A DNA stretch of 64,000 nucleotides from Ignavibacteriota bacterium (GTDB lineage: Bacteria; Bacteroidota; Ignavibacteria; UBA10030): positions 1,120,001 through 1,184,000 of the forward strand of contig OY969585.1 of the NCBI GenBank assembly GCA_963701295.1, in the 5' to 3' direction. Each line of letters starts with the position of its first letter. Position 1 is the first letter of the stretch. Shown piece by piece: positions 58,696-64,000 of the stretch. A program made the translations under genes and the position numbers. The notes under the pieces were generated by a model. The model was not told the origin of the DNA. It searched no databases and worked only from the letters and a program-made list of their open reading frames with translations.

Positions 58696-59867
58696 CGGCG
58701 TTTTGTTACATCCGTGTAGACTTCGTATGTTTGCCTGCCGATATCCGTCCATGAATATTTTTTTTCGGCAAGCTCAACGATAAATGCGCGTGTTTCTTCA
58801 CGCTGATGGAAGAGCGTGCTGTCAAAATATTTCCGCAATTGTGCTGCCATGTCTTTAGCATCATCGGGTTTGCAAATGAATCCCGTTACTCCGTCAATGA
58901 CATCCTCTGAAAAACTTCCAACATCTGTCGCAATAAGAGGAACACCAAACCGGTATGCAAGAAATAGAACTCCACTCTGAAAGATTCGTTTATAAGGAAG
59001 CACGGCACAATCGGCAGCAGAGAAATATGTTTCCACTTCATTATCCGGAATGAAATGCAGCCGGAGCAGTACATTCTTCTCTGGAAGACTTTTCCCAACT
59101 TGTGTTTTCAATTTCAAGATGTAGTCAGATTGGCGTTTCGGCTTACCTGCGACAACCAGTATGATCGATGGATCCTGTTGGACAAGTAATGCCGCTGCAT
59201 CAATTAATGTCTCGATACCCTTGTATTCATCGATCTGACCGAAAAAGAGAACAACGTGAGCTGTAGGAACAATACCAAGTTCCCGGCGTGCATCTTCCGG
59301 TGTTATACCCTTCTTTTGCACCCGGTTATTAATGCCGTGCGGAATAACAATGACTTTCTCCGAAGAAACGCGAAAGAGCGAGCAGAGTTCTTCTTTCATT
59401 TTCGGTGTATGAACGATGATTCGATCGACGAGATGATACATCACTGTGAGTGAAAACCACCGTAGAGGAGTTGCTGTGTTATCGCGCGCTTCTCGATAGA
59501 CATTATGTGCGGTAAAGACAATTTTTTTCCCGAGAAGCTTATAATAGAGATTCATCAACGTGCGATCGAATAAAGCAATGCTATTTTCCCATTGTATATG
59601 AAAAATATCAGAGCGGGTGGAAGCTGTGTAGTAAAGAAGACGAATATCGTACTTACTGATCCGCCACATTTTTGTGGAAATTGATTGCGGCGAGATATTG
59701 TCACCACGAAGATTGAAGAGTGTTACATGATGGAAAGCTTTAAACACTCCCACCGAACTATCAGAATCTATAACTTCTATCTCCAGCGTTGGTATTTCGG
59801 CAAGGCCAGAGACCAGTCCGTACAAGTAATCAGTTTGTTGACCGGCATTGAGGATGGAAATTCTCAT
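58692..59867 (-). CDS. Glycosyltransferase family 4
   Basis: HIQW, TAHN, IPHG, FFGQI..YKG, LPY....QSGV, TDVG. Confidence 0.9.
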   Translation of the reverse strand: MRISILNAGQQTDYLYGLVSGLAEIPTLEIEVIDSDSSVGVFKAFHHVTLFNLRGDNISPQSISTKMWRISKYDIRLLYYTASTRSDIFHIQWENSIALFDRTLMNLYYKLLGKKIVFTAHNVYREARDNTATPLRWFSLTVMYHLVDRIIVHTPKMKEELCSLFRVSSEKVIVIPHGINNRVQKKGITPEDARRELGIVPTAHVVLFFGQIDEYKGIETLIDAAALLVQQDPSIILVVAGKPKRQSDYILKLKTQVGKSLPEKNVLLRLHFIPDNEVETYFSAADCAVLPYKRIFQSGVLFLAYRFGVPLIATDVGSFSEDVIDGVTGFICKPDDAKDMAAQLRKYFDSTLFHQREETRAFIVELAEKKYSWTDIGRQTYEVYTDVTKRR

Positions 59868-59879
59868 AAGAGGAACACG

Positions 59880-60371
59880 TTATTCGTCTACTTGCACCTC
59901 AAACTTGACGATATTGTAGCCTTTCATTGTATCGAGCACTCCAAAAATGACACCAATAAACACGACAATCATTCCTAAAAGAAATGCGCCAAGAATAATG
60001 TACCGAAGCTGCAGAATCGATGCGAAATAATCTATTCCGATACACAGTGATGTTGCGACGAAAAGGCCTACGGCAAGGAGGTAACAAAACACTGCGTTCC
60101 GAATCAATCGGGCACGAGCAAGAAGATCCGAAACCTGTCGTGCAATACTTACGACCCGTTGATTTTCTATAGGGTGAAATTCTCGTTGTGATGCGTTAAG
60201 CATGAATTTGCGTTTCTCTTCCGTTAATGCACGGATACGATTGAGAACGCTTGTAAACTTATTGCTGATACCAAGCAGCAGCAGGCCGCATGCATTAATC
60301 ATGACACCGGGCGCAAGAATCAACTGAATAACTTGGATAACGGAGAGACTCTCTGAAAGATTGGGATTCAT
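59880..60371 (-). CDS. DUF2721 family membrane protein
   Basis: IQ..LAP.VMI.A.GLLLL...N....V..RIR.L. Confidence 0.8.
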   Translation of the reverse strand: MNPNLSESLSVIQVIQLILAPGVMINACGLLLLGISNKFTSVLNRIRALTEEKRKFMLNASQREFHPIENQRVVSIARQVSDLLARARLIRNAVFCYLLAVGLFVATSLCIGIDYFASILQLRYIILGAFLLGMIVVFIGVIFGVLDTMKGYNIVKFEVQVDE

Positions 60372-60392
60372 AAATTTATGATCCTCGAATTC

Positions 60393-61406
60393 TTAATGAT
60401 TATTACGTACAACTTCACCCATAATAAACGGTTTCTCATTCTTCTTCTTCAATGCGGTTATGATTGTATCGGTGTTTTTACAATCGACGATCAGAATTAA
60501 ACCGACTCCAAGATTGAATGTGCGGCGCATGTCTTCTTCCGGGACATTGCCGACATGCTGGATAAGATTAAAAATAGCCGGACGATCCCATGAATCCCAA
60601 TCCACACTGAGTCTGAATTTTTTCGGAACGACACGCATCGTGTTGCTTTCGATACCGCCGCCGGTAATATGGGAAAGCCCATGAATACTGTGTGCAATGG
60701 CTTGCTCGAGCAGTGGATGAAGAGACGGTTGGTAGGACCGATGGACAGCAAGCAGCGCATCGCCGATTGTTTTATTCAATTCATCGATATAGGTGGTCAA
60801 CGAAAACTTATTCAGTAAAGCATGCCGGGCAAGCGAGTATCCGTTGGTGTGCAGCCCGGTCGATGGCAAACCAATAAGGACATCGCCTTTCACTACTTTC
60901 TTGCCGTTCAGAACTTTTGATTCATCCACAACACCGACAATGGTACCGGCAATGTCATAATCGTTTGTTTCGTACATTCCAGGCATTTCCGCTGTCTCGC
61001 CGCCGATGAGCGCGCATCCATTTTCTTTGCAGGCTTTCACAAACCCAAGGATGACCCTTTCTGCGACAACTGGCGAGAGTTTTCCTGTCGCATAGTAATC
61101 GAGGAAAAACAATGGTTTCGCTCCGCACACAAGAATATCGTTCACGCAATGGTTCACCAGGTCCTGTCCAACAGTATCGTGGCGATTCATTGCAATAGCG
61201 ATTTTGAGTTTAGTGCCAACGCCGTCAACGCTTGAAACGAGAATCGGCTTTTTATAGCCTTTAAAATTCGCACGATAGAATGCACCAAACATGCCGATAT
61301 CAGCGAGAACATTTTTATTGAATGTGGAGCGAATAGGTTTCTTAATACGGCGGACGAGGTCTTCTCCTGCCTCAATATCAACACCGGAGTCTTTGTATGT
61401 AGTCAT
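60393..61406 (-). CDS. purM: Phosphoribosylformylglycinamidine cyclo-ligase
   Basis: Y..SGVDI.AG, DGVGTK, PLFFLDY, GGETAEMPG, GLHTNGYSL, HITGGG, TFNLG. Confidence 0.97.
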   Translation of the reverse strand: MTTYKDSGVDIEAGEDLVRRIKKPIRSTFNKNVLADIGMFGAFYRANFKGYKKPILVSSVDGVGTKLKIAIAMNRHDTVGQDLVNHCVNDILVCGAKPLFFLDYYATGKLSPVVAERVILGFVKACKENGCALIGGETAEMPGMYETNDYDIAGTIVGVVDESKVLNGKKVVKGDVLIGLPSTGLHTNGYSLARHALLNKFSLTTYIDELNKTIGDALLAVHRSYQPSLHPLLEQAIAHSIHGLSHITGGGIESNTMRVVPKKFRLSVDWDSWDRPAIFNLIQHVGNVPEEDMRRTFNLGVGLILIVDCKNTDTIITALKKKNEKPFIMGEVVRNNH

Positions 61407-61439
61407 GTGTGTTTCGTCATCTGAAATTAAGTTTGGGAT

Positions 61440-61535
61440 AAGATAGGTGATTTTTTAACGTTGAACAAGGAAAGAACGATTCTTCGAAAATCCCGCTTAG
61501 ATTTACTTGTTCTTTTTTTACAGCTTCCCTATATT
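61440..61535. promoter_or_regulatory. Divergent putative promoters (purM on minus; protease operon on plus)
   Basis: Minus strand TTGTTC-17-TATCTT (61468-61440); plus strand TTGTTC-17-TATATT (61507-61535). Confidence 0.45.
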
Positions 61536-61571
61536 GTAGAAAGATTATTATCATGCTCATAGAGAGGGACA

Positions 61572-61943
61572 ATGGTCATAAGTCGGTTTCCCTTAGGAAT
61601 ATTATTATTTTCAGTTCTCGCCCTGTATTGTTCATCAACGAAATCTCTTTCGGAGGCAGAAAAAGCCAAATTAGACCTACCATTGCTGCATTTGCTTACC
61701 GATAAACATGTAGAAGAAAACCGACTTGATATCTTAACACGATCCGATGGAACCAAGGAGTATGCTGTCATTGTTCAATCAGTACATCCAGAAGATATTC
61801 GTACACTAGGGATCACCATAAGCAGTGTTTTTGGAGATATCATTGTGGTACATGCCTCTCTTGAGGAGTTAAAAAATATCGTATCATTACCTTCAGTCCG
61901 GGCTGTACGAACCGGATCAAGAAGAACTATCCAACAGCATTAA
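61572..61943 (+). CDS. Small exported/lipoprotein resembling the propeptide of the downstream S8 protease
   Basis: Signal ending LALYC; colinear similarity to the protease N-terminus (see findings). Confidence 0.75.
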   Translation: MVISRFPLGILLFSVLALYCSSTKSLSEAEKAKLDLPLLHLLTDKHVEENRLDILTRSDGTKEYAVIVQSVHPEDIRTLGITISSVFGDIIVVHASLEELKNIVSLPSVRAVRTGSRRTIQQH

Positions 61944-61953
61944 AAAGGATCCT

Positions 61954-64000
61954 ATGCCCACTTTGACGCGACATACCAGAATAGTCATCCTCCTGTTGAT
62001 TGTTATTTGTGCAGCTTTCGGTACAGATCTCACGGAAAAGCAAAGGTCAAAATTGCATCCGTTGTTTCGATCTTTAATAACAAATTCGTCACAGCCATTG
62101 TTAAAAACATCAAGCAGGTCGCACCGCATCACATCAACGGTTTCCAGCGATGGCACTGTTCGTTATGGTGCCATTGTGTATACTCACAACGTTGAAATGC
62201 TTCGCTCAATGGGAATACATGTTAATTCTGTACTTCCAGAGTTTGTCACTGCACAACTCACACCATCGGATATGGTGAGAGTTGCTGATCTTGAAAGCGT
62301 GAAGTTCCTTGATCCAGGCAAAGTACATCATCCACTGCTCGATGTCAGCGTCCCCGAAACTGGAGCAACACTTTTGCATTCTGGTTTTATCAACAATACT
62401 CCCTATAAAGGAGGCGGTGCGATTGTCTTGATCTATGATACTGGAATTGACTGGAAGCATTTAGATTTTCGCAATCCAACCGATACTACAAAGTCACGGA
62501 TACTTTTTATTTGGGATCAAACTTTAACACCGATTGGTAGTGAATTATCTCCATCTCCATCTGATGTTCCATCTCCATATGGTGTAGAATACACAAAAGC
62601 TCAAATCGAAAACGAATTCAAAGGCAATGCACCAGGTTTTGTGCGTGAAAAGGATACTCATGGGCATGGAACACACGTAGCAAGCACAGCCGCCGGAAAC
62701 GGATTCTCTTTCAACAATAAATATGTTGGGATGGCATCGGAAGCAGATATCATCGTCGTAAAAGGCGGAGATGGGACATTCTCCTCAACCTGGGAGATCG
62801 ATGGCCTGACGTATGCAAAAAATAAGGCAGCGGCATTGGGGAAACCCATTGTTGTTAATATGAGTCTCGGAGGTCAAGTCGGCTCACACGACGGAACAGA
62901 TCCAGATGAAGTTGCAGTGAACAATTTTGTTCAGAACGCCGGGCGCGTGGTGTGTATTGCAGCCGGTAATGATGGTGCAAATCCAATCCATATGAATGAC
63001 AGCGTAAGCAATGGATCGTCAACAACAATCTCTATCAGCGTTCCTTCTTATACTCCATACCCTTCTGGGAAAGATAACAATTATTTCGTTTTGGACATAT
63101 GGCTGCAAAACAATAAAGCATTAAGTGCAACAGTGACATCGCCAACAAATATTATTTTTTCCAGCCAATTGAATAAAGAAGTATACGGACCAAATCAATC
63201 AGACGGAACAATTGATATTTATGACAAAATTGATCCTCAAAATTCACATCGTCATTTACAAATTTATATTTACGATGCAACTTCTTCTGTACCTAAAACT
63301 GGTACATGGACTATTGCTTTAAATACAACCGATACCTCAGTTGCCTATGATGCATGGATAGATAGCGATCTTAACGGGCCATCGGCAGCTCTTCCAAACG
63401 GCAATACGAATAAGACAGTTGCTATACCCGGCACTGCAAACGGTGCAATCACAATCGCTTCATATGTAACAAAGTGGAGTTGGACGAGTTCAGATGGAAA
63501 CAGTTGGTGGTACGGCTCGACAGACCGAACCGGCAATATTTCAACATTCAGCAGTATCGGACCGACAGCTGATAACAGACAGAAACCAGACATCGCTGCT
63601 CCAGGCCAAGGTATTGTTGCTGCATTCTCTAGCAATGATACAACTGAATCGACATCAGACATAATTATTAATAATAAATATCTCCTTATGCAGGGCACCA
63701 GCATGGCAACTCCTCATGTGACAGGAGGTGCAGCATTGCTGCTCAGTGCAAAACCTTCGTTGACCGCTGATCAAATCAAGAATTACTTAATGAGTACTGC
63801 CCGCACTGATGCCTTTACTTCCAATGTTTGGAATTCATCATGGGGATTCGGCAAGATGGACATCTATAAAGCAATGGCGAGTGCAGTCGGTGCATCGGGC
63901 GCTAACCGTACATTGCTTTCTTATTATAGTGGAACAACAAATGGCTCCCTTCCCTTACCAAGCCCGGGTGGTAACCAGAAACTATCTATGCGTTTCACGC
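61954..64000 (+). CDS. S8 (subtilisin-like) serine peptidase, runs off the window end
   Basis: Absent from the ORF track because it has no stop; manual translation gives signal peptide, YDTGID, HGHGTHVA, AAGN, KPDIAAPG, QGTSMATPHV. Confidence 0.93.
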   Translation, partial: MPTLTRHTRIVILLLIVICAAFGTDLTEKQRSKLHPLFRSLITNSSQPLLKTSSRSHRITSTVSSDGTVRYGAIVYTHNVEMLRSMGIHVNSVLPEFVTAQLTPSDMVRVADLESVKFLDPGKVHHPLLDVSVPETGATLLHSGFINNTPYKGGGAIVLIYDTGIDWKHLDFRNPTDTTKSRILFIWDQTLTPIGSELSPSPSDVPSPYGVEYTKAQIENEFKGNAPGFVREKDTHGHGTHVASTAAGNGFSFNNKYVGMASEADIIVVKGGDGTFSSTWEIDGLTYAKNKAAALGKPIVVNMSLGGQVGSHDGTDPDEVAVNNFVQNAGRVVCIAAGNDGANPIHMNDSVSNGSSTTISISVPSYTPYPSGKDNNYFVLDIWLQNNKALSATVTSPTNIIFSSQLNKEVYGPNQSDGTIDIYDKIDPQNSHRHLQIYIYDATSSVPKTGTWTIALNTTDTSVAYDAWIDSDLNGPSAALPNGNTNKTVAIPGTANGAITIASYVTKWSWTSSDGNSWWYGSTDRTGNISTFSSIGPTADNRQKPDIAAPGQGIVAAFSSNDTTESTSDIIINNKYLLMQGTSMATPHVTGGAALLLSAKPSLTADQIKNYLMSTARTDAFTSNVWNSSWGFGKMDIYKAMASAVGASGANRTLLSYYSGTTNGSLPLPSPGGNQKLSMRFT

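Noticed and set aside
1-64000. Integron integrase, transposase or RAYT gene
   Set aside because: No ORF with tyrosine-recombinase (R...HxxR...Y), DDE or HUH motifs was found in the track.

Overview
Bacterial chromosomal window, most likely from an Ignavibacteria-like (FCB group) organism. This is inferred from T9SS-type 'QNYPNPFN' C-terminal sorting domains together with Shine-Dalgarno RBSs and sigma70-like promoters. Housekeeping blocks lie at about 1-13.8 kb (yicC-gmk-rpoZ-coaBC-udg-VIT1-dnaB, rqcH, glnS) and about 48.5-64 kb (two-component cluster, folD, polysaccharide genes, purM, S8 protease). They flank an AT-richer accessory region with two notable systems. (1) At 25.4-34.8 kb is a candidate peptide (bacteriocin/RiPP-like) cluster built around an unannotated 48-aa, completely uncharged Gly/Cys-rich precursor (26789-26935). 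It also encodes a CxxC thioredoxin, a stand-alone membrane-anchored C39 peptidase, an ABC exporter, Yip1, an O-antigen-ligase/TPR protein and a Cys-nucleophile alpha/beta hydrolase. (2) At 34.8-43.3 kb, with relics to 47.4 kb, is an integron-type cassette array without an integrase in the window. It has unusually long (154-220 bp), mutually similar attC sites, several invaded at identical positions by tiny REP-like hairpins. One cassette encodes a TM/DUF5919-like/radical-SAM fusion. A stand-alone copy of an S8 protease propeptide sits directly upstream of the protease. No rRNA, tRNA or CRISPR array was seen. All calls are by eye from sequence and motifs; no database searches were run.
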